Positions 9,483 through 20,072 of a stretch of 64,000 nt of DNA are shown here, one piece after another. Made by a program: the position numbers and the translations under genes. Each line of letters starts with the position of its first letter. The stretch's first letter is position 1. The DNA lies in the IMG/VR virus record IMGVR_UViG_3300027898_000001, one strand, 5' to 3'. The notes under the pieces were generated by a model, which did not search any database, was not told the origin of the DNA, and saw only the letters and a list, made by a program, of their open reading frames with translations. The stretch is from a virus (Duplodnaviria; Caudoviricetes).

Positions 9483-10262
9483 TTAGTAAATATAAGGATA
9501 TATAACACGAACACGATCAGATAATGTTTTTAAATAAGTATCGTCATGGTTAGCAGAATATTGTAAAGTGTTCATGGTCCATAACGTCTTAAATACATGA
9601 GCAGCCGAACCGGATTGACAAGCATACTTCCACGCAGGAGAATTAGCTGCGAATACATTACTATGTACATAACCAGGAACTTTCTTCAACACATTAAAGT
9701 CGGTCATACCTATTTGAATATAAAACTTACCGTAACGATCTACACCAGTAACGCAGCACGTATCTGCCTGAGCATAACCATTAGAAAACTGAGGCACAAT
9801 TCTATTACCATCAACATCCTCATATAGAATATTTTGAACAATGTTATCCGCAACTGCCTCTGTTATATCGCATTTAATAATCTTACAAAGTTGGCGAATA
9901 GCTCGTTTGAATTGTGCGCGCTCTGGGCAATATTTGTGTTCATAGTATGGACGAATGATAGCATAAAGCTCGTCAACATATTCCTTTATTATCTTAGCGC
10001 TGCGATCTTGTGGAGATAAATCCACATATTTGGTTAGTAAGTTATCAATACTTGGAAGATCATAAAAACTCATGTCTTTAATCCAAATAGGATAACTTCT
10101 AGCAAAGTCTGTAGTGAATGCACCACTGCCGAATCCAAAAGCACTTAGAATATCTGTAGTCGATTCACCTGGACGGAAATCGCTTTCAGGATATGCAAAT
10201 AGATAAGCCGCACCGTACGGACCACTGTCAAAATACGCGAATGAAATATCTACGTTTTGCAT
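9483..10262 (-). CDS. Hypothetical protein
   Basis: 259-aa ORF in operon. Confidence 0.65.
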   Translation of the reverse strand: MQNVDISFAYFDSGPYGAAYLFAYPESDFRPGESTTDILSAFGFGSGAFTTDFARSYPIWIKDMSFYDLPSIDNLLTKYVDLSPQDRSAKIIKEYVDELYAIIRPYYEHKYCPERAQFKRAIRQLCKIIKCDITEAVADNIVQNILYEDVDGNRIVPQFSNGYAQADTCCVTGVDRYGKFYIQIGMTDFNVLKKVPGYVHSNVFAANSPAWKYACQSGSAAHVFKTLWTMNTLQYSANHDDTYLKTLSDRVRVIYPYIY

Positions 10263-10265
10263 ATA

Positions 10266-10724
10266 TTACCTATCGCGTCTTTGTGGATTATTACGATTTG
10301 GGTTATTGTTTTGTTGAACATTCGTAACTTCTTGTGAAGAAGCTGCTTCTGTTTCTACTGTTGGAGGAGATTCAATCACATTAGGAACAACTGGTGCCTG
10401 TATAACAGGTAATTCTACTGCGGCAACTTTAACAGGCTCGACAGGTTTAATACCAGACAACTCTGCGATAACCGTTTCAGACAGATTGACACAGGTAATT
10501 AGACGTGAGGGTAATTCGTAACTCATACCTTTAGGCAATACATCTTTATCACCAAATGGTAGTCCATTATTTGGATATGCGGGTGCAAAATCTCTGGTGC
10601 TTTCAAATGCTTTTTTAGCAGCTATAGAGGTAGGGCCCCAAATACCATCCAACTTACCTTTATAGTAATTCAAAAACTTTAGGACCAATTGTTGACGCAA
10701 CAGGTGCTCTGATTTAATTTGCAT
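10266..10724 (-). CDS. Peptidoglycan-binding (PG_binding_1-like) domain protein with low-complexity tail
   Basis: QQLVLKFLNYYKGKLDGIWGPTSIAAKKAFE fits the Q..L...Y..DG..G..T..A...FQ pattern. Confidence 0.65.
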   Translation of the reverse strand: MQIKSEHLLRQQLVLKFLNYYKGKLDGIWGPTSIAAKKAFESTRDFAPAYPNNGLPFGDKDVLPKGMSYELPSRLITCVNLSETVIAELSGIKPVEPVKVAAVELPVIQAPVVPNVIESPPTVETEAASSQEVTNVQQNNNPNRNNPQRRDR

Positions 10725-11370
10725 AGTTTGTGACTCCTAAAGTGTGTTGCACATTGCATAGCTTGCGCATGTTTTTGTATACAGAGAATGATTCGATTAT
10801 AGCCATTAAAGGATCTATAATCATACTAGTATAAAATTCTATTGGTGAAGCGCCGGAATTAATGCGCAATACTGAGGTAAATCCATTTGAATTAATGCTA
10901 AGATTTTCTAGCTTAAGATAATCCAAATTGTGATTTCTATAAATACTCTGCACTTGCATGTAGCATTGAGAAGCAGGCGCATTGGAATCACACAATCTTT
11001 GTAATAGCTCAGATTGTCTGCAATGAAGATACGCACACACGCTCGATATATTTAAACGTGGTGCGTATCTGGATAATATAAGTGCATCATTATACCGACA
11101 CACTATGACAACAACCTTTGTAGCGTCTTGGCACTCAATATCTAAATGCTTCTTTGATATTCCATATTTATTTCCATCATCAGACGGGAACATTATGTAA
11201 TCATCCGCATTTTCTGAGAATACATCACCATCTACCTGACGATAACCAGTGCGCTCCGTAACACATGTTGTATCTATATCTAATAACACAACATCTGGCA
11301 ACTTTTCCACGATCTTAGTTGCTAGTGTTCGCTTGCCTGTGAAGGAGGCGCCAGTTATGACGAGTAACAT
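10714..11370 (-). CDS. Guanylate kinase-like P-loop nucleotide kinase
   Basis: N-terminal GASFTGKRT; TT..ER..DG..F..GNKYG resembles the GMK NMP-binding domain. Confidence 0.65.
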   Translation of the reverse strand: MLLVITGASFTGKRTLATKIVEKLPDVVLLDIDTTCVTERTGYRQVDGDVFSENADDYIMFPSDDGNKYGISKKHLDIECQDATKVVVIVCRYNDALILSRYAPRLNISSVCAYLHCRQSELLQRLCDSNAPASQCYMQVQSIYRNHNLDYLKLENLSINSNGFTSVLRINSGASPIEFYTSMIIDPLMAIIESFSVYKNMRKLCNVQHTLGVTNYAN

Positions 11371-11386
11371 ATAATATACCTCTCAA

Positions 11387-14300
11387 CTACTTCTTGGTAG
11401 CAGTAGGTTGTTTAGTGGATTTAGGTGCACGGAACTTGATAGCAGTAATCTCAGCCAAAGTATCTTCACGGTTTTCAATCGTGAATCCAGCAGCTTCTAA
11501 TTCTTTTATCTTATCCCGCATTGCAGTTTTATCGTGTGCAAAATAAAGCTCATGTCCATCAGATAATGTCCACTTTGTTGCTGCGCCTGGAATTGATTTA
11601 CCTATATGCTTTTTAATTACTGGGCATGTAGCTAAATCAACAGCAATTTGCAACTCATCGGGCAGTATAATCGGATATGGACGAATCTCATTACGCACGG
11701 TCACTTTTTGTTTACGTACAGAGAAGAAGTGTGGTAAAGAAGACTGTGGTGCTAATTCCAAACGGTAGATTTCTTTACCGCCGGTTTCAAACGCCTCTTG
11801 AATCAACTCTAACCGTTTAGCACTTACATCCGAATACTTAAAATTAGCATCAATGTAGTCTAGTATCTTCTCATACTGGGCGTACTTGGTTGCACGAACA
11901 TAAACGTATGGACCAGTGTGTTTAAATCCAAACTTTGTTAATGCTGGAGCATCTTCATCATCAGATAACACTTCCAGTGTCAGGAAGCCTTGGAAATATG
12001 CAGGATGAATGCTAATAGACATTGCTGAAGTATCAGGTACTGTCTTAGGAAGTTTAGGCATACGCTTAACACCATCATTAATCGGTTTACCTGCTTCTAT
12101 ATTCTTCTTGCGCTTTTGTCCATCTTCATAGGCAGAGTGGCGTTCATCTAAGTCTTTGCGCTCCTTACGGCGACGCTTAGCTTCTTCGATCAACTCTTTC
12201 TCTTCCAATGCTTCTTTTGCATTACGTTCTTTTTCAGCTTCACGATCTAACTTACGTTGCTGTGCTTCTGTAACTGCTAGACTATCTACTTGGAATTGCT
12301 TAGCAGTTTTAGCATTTAATGTTTGAGGTGAAAATAACAAACCAGGATCATTAATACTAATGACGTTACCATCAACAAGTTTTATAGTAACACTTGAAAC
12401 TGGATTACGATCATCTAACTGCCTATTACCAAAGGCATCTAAATCTAATTCTGTTACGACTTTACCTTTAGCGTCTTTAATAGGCTGACCTTCATCATCT
12501 AACTTGGCTTTATAGCGATAACGGTAATTCAACTTAGCTATGCGACCTTTACCTAAATCAGATAGTATTGGCGAACCAATCAACGTAGTAGGATCTTTAA
12601 TAATATCAGCATGACGCAATAATTGACGCAATGACAATAAACCTAAACCTTCTGAATCATCAGGTTTTTGGTTACTAACGAATGGTGTGTTCACCTTAGC
12701 ACTGCCAGCAACTGCAGGTGTTACAGGTATATCACGCATTCTAGGTTCCATCGTATCACGCATTTCCTTAAACTCTTTGTGCATCACACCATTTAATGCA
12801 CCATAAGCATTAACGTAAGTGCTATACTGTTCTAACGTACTGCGACTGCGCAATATCTCCAAACTCATTGGAACTTCATCCAACTGGTAATGATCTAAAG
12901 CATCTTTATACAGAGGATTCTCAGCTTCATCGAAACGCGCTTTGTTGAATACCTTAGCAATCAAACGCGCTTGTTTCTGAATATGCAAAGTACCATCACA
13001 CAGTATCCAATCTAAGAAAATAACCTCGCGATACAAACTACCCGCTTTACCGCTTTCAACCATTGCTTTCGCAGCAGCTGGATCAGGGCGGAATATACGA
13101 GAAGCGGATTGGTCAAGATCACCTGGGTTCCAAGGGCTTTCTACACGAATAATACGACTTGCCATTTGCAAGTTGTGACCTTCTGAAATACCCATCTCAT
13201 TCGCAATAAGAATTTGGACTTTAGGGTCAGCTTTAAACGCATCTAAGTTGGCCCACTTATCGTCTTCTTGTCCCGTGAACTTTACCGCAATCTTTTGCAG
13301 ATCAGGTGACAAGGCATCATATATACCACCAACACTATTAGTGTAGCGACAAAATATAATAATCTTACCTTGTGGCTCTTCTCTCCAATAATCTGGATTG
13401 TTTTGTGGTTCAATACCTACAGTGCTTTCAGGCAAATTAACTTTAGCAACACCTTTATCCACTTTCTTAGCCAAGAATTGGATACCTTTATGTTGTACTA
13501 AAGCATCCTCTTTGTAGTTTGTATCTCGTGACCAATCAGGCACATTAAAGTGTTTATTAATATGCCGCGCAACAAAACTAGCTACAGAACTGTTATAGTG
13601 CTTGATACCAGCAAGTCCGAAGATGGATGGTGCTAAGGGGTCTGCCATTGGATTTGTAATCAAACGCTCTAAGCGGGCGATGAACGGTTTTAAATCGGCA
13701 GAGCTTAATCCAGATAGGTCCTCATCTTCCGTATCAAGATCACCGGTATCATCTCCATTCTCACCATCAGTCTCACCATCATTTTCGTCTTCGTCATCTT
13801 CGTCAGCATCTTCTTTACGTTTCTTAGCTGACTTGACTAGCGCTTCCAACTTTTCAATACTGTCATACAACACAGTATCGTATAATTGTCGGTGTAATTC
13901 ACCCAACTTAACTTCTTCTTCAGTAACACCATTACCTGGACGCATATCTGGGACAAGTGGAATTGGATAGAAGTTTTCTATAGGGCGAGGCAACATAAAT
14001 GCCCAGTTCTTTTTCTTCATCGTAATAACACTTGCGTAACGAGACAGCTTAGCACGAGCGCGTGATGGTGTGTCAACTTTCCAAAGAGGAATAGCTTCAC
14101 CGTTAACAACTACTTCATTCTCTTTCGCAGACAAAACATCATCTTCGCGGAAGATATGACCGTTATACAGACTAGCTTGACCGATAATGTCATTAATACG
14201 TCCGTGAATCAACGTACCTGTGGCTAATCGGAAATACTTGATACCACTCCAAGTAGTAAGTTGCTTAACTGCACGGTGACGTTGTGAAGACTTGTTAGCC

Positions 14301-17140
14301 AACTTATGAGATTCATCAATACAGATGTAATCGAAACCAAAACGCTTGATAAACTCCAAATTATTCGATACACGTACTTGGGTACTGCCGAACACGATGT
14401 TTTCAGAACGTGCAGTCAACATATTGTAACCAATTACACATACTGTATTCACAGGTGCATTTGTAATAAGTTCTTCTAACTTGTCGTAACCCCAACGGTC
14501 TATAGTCTTGGTAGTAATAGGAATCATGTTCCAATTAGTACCAGTGTGTATCTTCATATCATCTACCCAGTTACGAACTAAGCCGTCGGGACAAATGATT
14601 AGTGGTTTGACACGTTCACCCAACTCTGCAAGCTCTGTAGTCATTGCAGCAATGTCAGTAACACCAAGAGTAGTTTTACCACCACCAGCGCCGATATCAA
14701 GAACCGCAAACGCAGGACGTTTACGCAAACTCTGGTGAGTAGTTACTTGGTGTGGAAACAACTGAGCACCTGCGATACTACCAGACACTTTAATGTCTTG
14801 TTCAGTTATAGAAGTGTCCGGCTTATTGGTATCAGCAACTATTTCAGCAGCTTCTAAAATCTTTTCGCCTGTTGGTACATACTTAGCAAACATAACAGCT
14901 TGTGGTAATAAGAAACGAGATACTGCTTCATAGCTCGACTTATCATTTGGTATACTGCCAAACAATGTCTTATGTGGAACTTTAAGTATGTCCTCACATG
15001 CTAACTTAAACATCATACCACCGATGTAGTTATATAGGTGACCAAAATCAACCATAGGACTAACATCAGGTTTAAAGTAGTGTTCATGCTCGGGTACCAT
15101 ATCACGCAAATCTGCGAAAGATGTACCTTCGTGCTCCGATTCAAGCATACGAATGAATGTATTACCACCCATACAATGACGAGCAACTTGTGCTAACAAA
15201 GCTGCCATAATATTAGGATAAGTATCATGCACAATCAAATCATTTGAAATCAATGAAGCATAAATATCTTTCTGCATGAAAGGTGCAGATTCCATAGCTG
15301 TAATGCCAAGTTCAGATGCGGCTGCCTTACACAATTCTGCAGGAGAACGAACAATATTAGCTTGGTATAATGCTGTATGAAACTTCAACAATCTTGAAAC
15401 AGGACCCCCTTCTTGGTCGATATAATCTGTACGACCAATAACCTTAGCTGGAGTTGTATCATTGTCGATAGGCAAATTCAACATTAATGCCATGCTATCT
15501 GCAAATGTTTTCTTGATAGCAGGCTTACCAGAATCGGCGAAGTTATAACCTAGATAATCCGCCAATGTCATTGTATCAAGCTTTGCCGCACCGATGATTC
15601 TATCAGCAACCATATTACTTGGATCGGCAATGTTTGCTGTAATAACTACGTTGTAATCCCAATCATAAGACAGAATCTTACCGCTATAACCACGTACAGA
15701 TTTTTGAATCTCTCCGTACTTCTCATTAGCATTATTACCTTCACCTATTGCTAATAAAGTTTGATTAGGTAGAGATACTGTCGATTGCAGTGGTATATTG
15801 TGCGAGAAACAAAAGTCGATATACGATTCCATAGTAGCGTCGTAACCGTTTAAGTTATCTGCGATATCTGCACGTTGATCTGAGGGTAATCCATAGTGCA
15901 AGCCACCATTAGAACCTATGTAGATGTTGTTATCATCACCTTTACCGCGTTCTACTGCGTAACCATTCTTCTTTCTAGTTTCTGTAACCTGAGTTGTTTT
16001 AGAAATAGGTAATATAAATGAAGGCATTTCATTACGTTTAACTGGTCCACCTTTAATACGTCCACCTTTGGGTCGAACAAATCGGCGACTCCATAGAGTG
16101 ATCCAGTTATGTAAAGCAAGTAGCGATACTTTTTCTGTTTTAGGACTCTGTGTGATAAAGCGCACATCATCTTCAGGAATAGATAGTGTGAACGAGAAGG
16201 ATAATACTTGTTGTAACGCAAGACCTTCAGTAGTCAAGTTCTTACTAGCGTCAAAACTTCCATCATCAGAAGGACGATTTGAGTTTAATAGACGAGCATT
16301 TGGAGTACGGATAGGTGTAATAGAGAAACTATCACCGAATGACCGTATTGATTGTGGGTTTATGTTTTTCATAAACTCAACATCTAAAATAATACCAGAC
16401 TTCTCAAAGAAAATGTCATTCAGTGATTCAAAATTGAACGTAAGAAGCAAGTTATTGTTCAAGCGCTTATGTGCGGAACTCATGGATAGAGCTTCACCGC
16501 TACCGAACAATGCTGTGATGATAGCTTCACCTGTCGCTATGGCTGCCAAACTTAATGGTGTACTATATTGCTCCAACTTCTTTGTCTTGTAATCACTATC
16601 TATATCTACACCGATTGGAGAATAAGTAGTAATCTGATTTTCATTGTAATAAAAAATACATGTAGGGAACGATGTGTCAGAAGCATCCGAGGCTGTAATA
16701 TTACCAAGATATGAAACATCATATCCACCCTTGAATCTGGTACTAGGTGATATTACGTGATTACTGCCAGAAGCCAAATTAGTTAAATAATCTTTAGCCC
16801 CTGTTTTAACTACCGCCACGTTTGTCAGATTATTGAGAATGCGGTCCGCTTCTGCATTTAACACTGCGCGTCTGGCATCTTTATCCAAAGAATCTAAACG
16901 ATACGACTGTACCAAACAATAGCGTAGAAAACACAAATAAGCTGTAAGTCTTGCGGATACATCAGCAATATCGTCGGCAAGAGGTACAAAAGTACCAATG
17001 TTAGGAATGTATTTCTTTCTAAATACAGCCTCTTCTTTAGGATCCATATCAACAAGGATCATTTGTTGGCTAATAACGGAACGTCCAGAGTCAGTATTCT
17101 CAGGCGATTTAGCAGATTCTGAAATAAAATCATCAAACAT
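11387..17140 (-). CDS. Giant SNF2-family helicase/ATPase (1917 aa)
   Basis: DIGAGGGKTT, CIDESH, LATGT, IIIFCRY, GISEGHNLQ, QSASRIFR; acidic insert between the RecA lobes. Confidence 0.88.
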   Translation of the reverse strand: MFDDFISESAKSPENTDSGRSVISQQMILVDMDPKEEAVFRKKYIPNIGTFVPLADDIADVSARLTAYLCFLRYCLVQSYRLDSLDKDARRAVLNAEADRILNNLTNVAVVKTGAKDYLTNLASGSNHVISPSTRFKGGYDVSYLGNITASDASDTSFPTCIFYYNENQITTYSPIGVDIDSDYKTKKLEQYSTPLSLAAIATGEAIITALFGSGEALSMSSAHKRLNNNLLLTFNFESLNDIFFEKSGIILDVEFMKNINPQSIRSFGDSFSITPIRTPNARLLNSNRPSDDGSFDASKNLTTEGLALQQVLSFSFTLSIPEDDVRFITQSPKTEKVSLLALHNWITLWSRRFVRPKGGRIKGGPVKRNEMPSFILPISKTTQVTETRKKNGYAVERGKGDDNNIYIGSNGGLHYGLPSDQRADIADNLNGYDATMESYIDFCFSHNIPLQSTVSLPNQTLLAIGEGNNANEKYGEIQKSVRGYSGKILSYDWDYNVVITANIADPSNMVADRIIGAAKLDTMTLADYLGYNFADSGKPAIKKTFADSMALMLNLPIDNDTTPAKVIGRTDYIDQEGGPVSRLLKFHTALYQANIVRSPAELCKAAASELGITAMESAPFMQKDIYASLISNDLIVHDTYPNIMAALLAQVARHCMGGNTFIRMLESEHEGTSFADLRDMVPEHEHYFKPDVSPMVDFGHLYNYIGGMMFKLACEDILKVPHKTLFGSIPNDKSSYEAVSRFLLPQAVMFAKYVPTGEKILEAAEIVADTNKPDTSITEQDIKVSGSIAGAQLFPHQVTTHQSLRKRPAFAVLDIGAGGGKTTLGVTDIAAMTTELAELGERVKPLIICPDGLVRNWVDDMKIHTGTNWNMIPITTKTIDRWGYDKLEELITNAPVNTVCVIGYNMLTARSENIVFGSTQVRVSNNLEFIKRFGFDYICIDESHKLANKSSQRHRAVKQLTTWSGIKYFRLATGTLIHGRINDIIGQASLYNGHIFREDDVLSAKENEVVVNGEAIPLWKVDTPSRARAKLSRYASVITMKKKNWAFMLPRPIENFYPIPLVPDMRPGNGVTEEEVKLGELHRQLYDTVLYDSIEKLEALVKSAKKRKEDADEDDEDENDGETDGENGDDTGDLDTEDEDLSGLSSADLKPFIARLERLITNPMADPLAPSIFGLAGIKHYNSSVASFVARHINKHFNVPDWSRDTNYKEDALVQHKGIQFLAKKVDKGVAKVNLPESTVGIEPQNNPDYWREEPQGKIIIFCRYTNSVGGIYDALSPDLQKIAVKFTGQEDDKWANLDAFKADPKVQILIANEMGISEGHNLQMASRIIRVESPWNPGDLDQSASRIFRPDPAAAKAMVESGKAGSLYREVIFLDWILCDGTLHIQKQARLIAKVFNKARFDEAENPLYKDALDHYQLDEVPMSLEILRSRSTLEQYSTYVNAYGALNGVMHKEFKEMRDTMEPRMRDIPVTPAVAGSAKVNTPFVSNQKPDDSEGLGLLSLRQLLRHADIIKDPTTLIGSPILSDLGKGRIAKLNYRYRYKAKLDDEGQPIKDAKGKVVTELDLDAFGNRQLDDRNPVSSVTIKLVDGNVISINDPGLLFSPQTLNAKTAKQFQVDSLAVTEAQQRKLDREAEKERNAKEALEEKELIEEAKRRRKERKDLDERHSAYEDGQKRKKNIEAGKPINDGVKRMPKLPKTVPDTSAMSISIHPAYFQGFLTLEVLSDDEDAPALTKFGFKHTGPYVYVRATKYAQYEKILDYIDANFKYSDVSAKRLELIQEAFETGGKEIYRLELAPQSSLPHFFSVRKQKVTVRNEIRPYPIILPDELQIAVDLATCPVIKKHIGKSIPGAATKWTLSDGHELYFAHDKTAMRDKIKELEAAGFTIENREDTLAEITAIKFRAPKSTKQPTATKK

Positions 17141-17141
17141 A

Positions 17142-17588
17142 TTATTCTCCTAGCGCACCGTGGTTAGATACCACGTTCAGCCATACTGGTGAAGGTTTAT
17201 CATTTTGAGATTGTGCGTATTCTACCAATACACTACATACTCCTAGGCGAGTTTCTTTCTTATACGGAGCTAAACATTTCTCATCGTAGAATAGCACAAG
17301 AGTACCTACACTAAGACCTTTAAGTCTGGATGCGAAATTTTCTAAATCTTTCGATAAGTCAGTATCTGGAACTTTTATCTGTTCAGAAAGTTCGGCTATT
17401 TGCTTATCTTGATACTCGACTGTAGCGGCTAAGGTTTCAACCAACTTATCTATATTGGCTGTTGCTGCTGTCTCCACTTCATCAGCACTAAGACTTAAAA
17501 AGCCGGGCATACGTTGTTCGATAAGCGATTGCGCCGCAGGAGAAGCCGCGCGTAACTTATCGAGAACAGATTGCAACGATTTTGACAT
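17142..17588 (-). CDS. Hypothetical protein, possible virion component
   Basis: 148-aa ORF; carries LSLSA motif. Confidence 0.6.
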   Translation of the reverse strand: MSKSLQSVLDKLRAASPAAQSLIEQRMPGFLSLSADEVETAATANIDKLVETLAATVEYQDKQIAELSEQIKVPDTDLSKDLENFASRLKGLSVGTLVLFYDEKCLAPYKKETRLGVCSVLVEYAQSQNDKPSPVWLNVVSNHGALGE

Positions 17589-17599
17589 TATCTGGACTC

Positions 17600-18322
17600 C
17601 TATATAGATTCTACAAATTTGTTTAGATACGTATATGCTGCGGAAGTTGATTTATTTCCATAAAAGGCAATCGCATCAGGACGTATATCATACCGTACAA
17701 CAAGCATATTCATGCTGGCTCTGGCAATTTCTACATTGATATTCTTATCTGTATAGAATTGATACCAATTTTGTTTGCTTGCTAATACTGTGTCAAGTTT
17801 GGGTGATTTCATAAACTCGACAGGAAATGATCTGAATGTGCTGGGAACTAAGGTCTCCAGAAACTGTTGTAGGGTTTGACGACCATTTGGTGTCAAGATA
17901 ACATACCCTGTATATTTAATTCCAGTGACTCCTCGTATAAAATCGTTATCATGGAATTCCACTTCGTTTGTTTGCCGTATCTTCCGTAATGAAGAAAAAC
18001 CTTTTCTGTGTAACAGGTCTCGAATACGCGCGTAGTAGCTAGTTACGTTCAACATATTCAACTCTTGTATATTTACACTAACATCGCGCCAGCATTTATC
18101 ATCCATACTTGATATATAGGAGACAAACGCAGAGCACACCCTAACTTTTCCATAGTGCTTATTCTTCGCTAATTCTTTAGCTGCGGTTGTCTTAATAAAC
18201 TTTTTCCAGACAACACGATATTGTTCATCTAACACGGTTGGAAAGGCTTCTCGCAATGAAAATCCTGTAACGCCTAAAATATTTAATACGGAACGTAGTT
18301 TACTAGAAACGCTGAGTTTCAC
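17600..18322 (-). CDS. Hypothetical protein
   Basis: 240-aa ORF, SD GGAG; N-terminus MKLSVSS. Confidence 0.6.
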   Translation of the reverse strand: MKLSVSSKLRSVLNILGVTGFSLREAFPTVLDEQYRVVWKKFIKTTAAKELAKNKHYGKVRVCSAFVSYISSMDDKCWRDVSVNIQELNMLNVTSYYARIRDLLHRKGFSSLRKIRQTNEVEFHDNDFIRGVTGIKYTGYVILTPNGRQTLQQFLETLVPSTFRSFPVEFMKSPKLDTVLASKQNWYQFYTDKNINVEIARASMNMLVVRYDIRPDAIAFYGNKSTSAAYTYLNKFVESI

Positions 18323-18642
18323 AATCGTTTCCCCTTATCTTTATTACGCTGGTGTAGAATTAAGTGCTTGGCACACTTACTACTAGGACGTTTTGAATGG
18401 CATATATCACATAAGGTCCATAAGTTAGTCATTACCGTTTGACCGCCTTTAGATATAGGTATTATGTGATCTACTTGCAAATAGGTTACTCTTGGGCACA
18501 GTCTACATTTATGTCCGTCGCGTTTCTTGACAGCAGCAGATATAATACTCCAGTCACTGCGAGTACCGTATGCCTGTGTAGATGTGCGGCGTATCTTAGC
18601 AACTTTAGCAACACCTATTTTCGGAGGACCTATTCGTTTCAT
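18319..18642 (-). CDS. HNH endonuclease
   Basis: CRLC..QVDHIIPISKGGQ..TNLWTLCDICH. Confidence 0.9.
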   Translation of the reverse strand: MKRIGPPKIGVAKVAKIRRTSTQAYGTRSDWSIISAAVKKRDGHKCRLCPRVTYLQVDHIIPISKGGQTVMTNLWTLCDICHSKRPSSKCAKHLILHQRNKDKGKRL

Positions 18643-19541
18643 TATTTAGTACCATTCAATACGTCAATAATGCGAGATTTAGCTAGTTCAAACTCAGCTT
18701 GGATCTTTTGACCTTGTTCGGCAGCGTTCAATTTCAATGCCGCATCAATAACTTCAATGACGCGAGCATCTGAAACATACTGTCGCACGATTTGACCTGT
18801 CTTGTAGTAAAAGTCCAAAATACCTTCACCAGTAGCTCGCATAACAGGATCAATAACTTCTACGGACAAGCTATGTGCTTGCGCTTGCATATCTTTAATC
18901 GAGCGCATATCTGCAATAGTTTCACGCATCTGGCTATATAGTGTGGACAAGGCATATACATCTTTACTGCTAACATATTCCTTTTCAGGATCGAGCATGT
19001 TTGTTTCCATCTTACGCATAATCGTTTGAAGATTACCGTAGATGCGACCATATTCGTTTAAGAATTCTGATTCACTTGTGACAGCCCCAAGAGGCATTAA
19101 TTGCCCTTGCAACGACTCACTATCACCGCCTTGTATCTTACCAATAACTGCAAGTGCTTTTCCAGTAAACTTATCTAATCGTTTCTTAGCACGATCTAGT
19201 TTACCTTCGGACAACAATTCCCCTGTTGTCTTTCTAGGTTTTTTCTTTTTCTCAGAAACAGATTTGGTGGAAGCGCGTTCTTTTACAGCAGGTTCTTTCG
19301 TCTTTTTCTTTTTAGCATCGCGCTCTTTATCGCGCTTCTTATAACCTTCTTCGCGCTCAGTAGATTTTCGTTTGGTAATACGTTCTTCGGCTTCAGTTTT
19401 TGTTTCACGTAGGCGTTGCTTTGCTTTGCTACTTTTCGAGGAAGTACCTCTACGTCTACGTGCATCTTCGTCTATATCACGATTAATAACCTTACCAAAA
19501 CTAACGTCAATACCTTCGTCATCACTGCGCTTAACCATCAC
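18642..19541 (-). CDS. Hypothetical protein with K/R/E-rich N-terminus and helical C-terminus
   Basis: 299-aa ORF coupled to the HNH gene. Confidence 0.6.
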   Translation of the reverse strand: MMVKRSDDEGIDVSFGKVINRDIDEDARRRRGTSSKSSKAKQRLRETKTEAEERITKRKSTEREEGYKKRDKERDAKKKKTKEPAVKERASTKSVSEKKKKPRKTTGELLSEGKLDRAKKRLDKFTGKALAVIGKIQGGDSESLQGQLMPLGAVTSESEFLNEYGRIYGNLQTIMRKMETNMLDPEKEYVSSKDVYALSTLYSQMRETIADMRSIKDMQAQAHSLSVEVIDPVMRATGEGILDFYYKTGQIVRQYVSDARVIEVIDAALKLNAAEQGQKIQAEFELAKSRIIDVLNGTK

Positions 19542-20020
19542 CGTTTCTCCAAAGACGCCCAGAACTCTTTTAACCCTTCATAGTCGGGTTTATATTTTGT
19601 AAACTTACGTAAATAAGAATAAATAAGAGGTGAGTTGGGCTGCACATACTTATATAATGGATTCTCAGCTACTCTTTGACCATCACTGCGTAGATAATCT
19701 GCAATGAAGTTTTCTATTCTGTACGTAGGTGATACATGACGTATCTCGCGCACAAACGTAACAAATGCATTCCAAATAGTTGTTTCAGAAGCATTGTTTA
19801 AATCGGTTAAGCCGTGACGTTCCAATTCTATATGCGTTAGAGGTCTATCGTACACAACAATACCGTATGTGTACTCACGCTCATCTTCTATAGTCATTGT
19901 ACGGGCTTTCTTGAGCGGAATAAAATCAATCTTACCTGGAGGTAGATTAGTTTCAGGTAAAGGTTTTAACTTCAACCCATACAAGAAACGTGAAACGCTT
20001 TTCGATATACTAATCAACAT
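19538..20020 (-). CDS. Hypothetical protein
   Basis: 160-aa ORF with SD GGAG. Confidence 0.6.
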   Translation of the reverse strand: MLISISKSVSRFLYGLKLKPLPETNLPPGKIDFIPLKKARTMTIEDEREYTYGIVVYDRPLTHIELERHGLTDLNNASETTIWNAFVTFVREIRHVSPTYRIENFIADYLRSDGQRVAENPLYKYVQPNSPLIYSYLRKFTKYKPDYEGLKEFWASLEKR

Positions 20021-20038
20021 ATTTCACACTCCAAACGT

Positions 20039-20064
20039 AAAACGGGCCACTAGGACCCGTTTTT
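20039..20064. terminator. Intrinsic terminator
   Basis: aaaacggg-ccactagga-cccgtttt(t). Confidence 0.75.
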
Positions 20065-20072
20065 AGTACATC

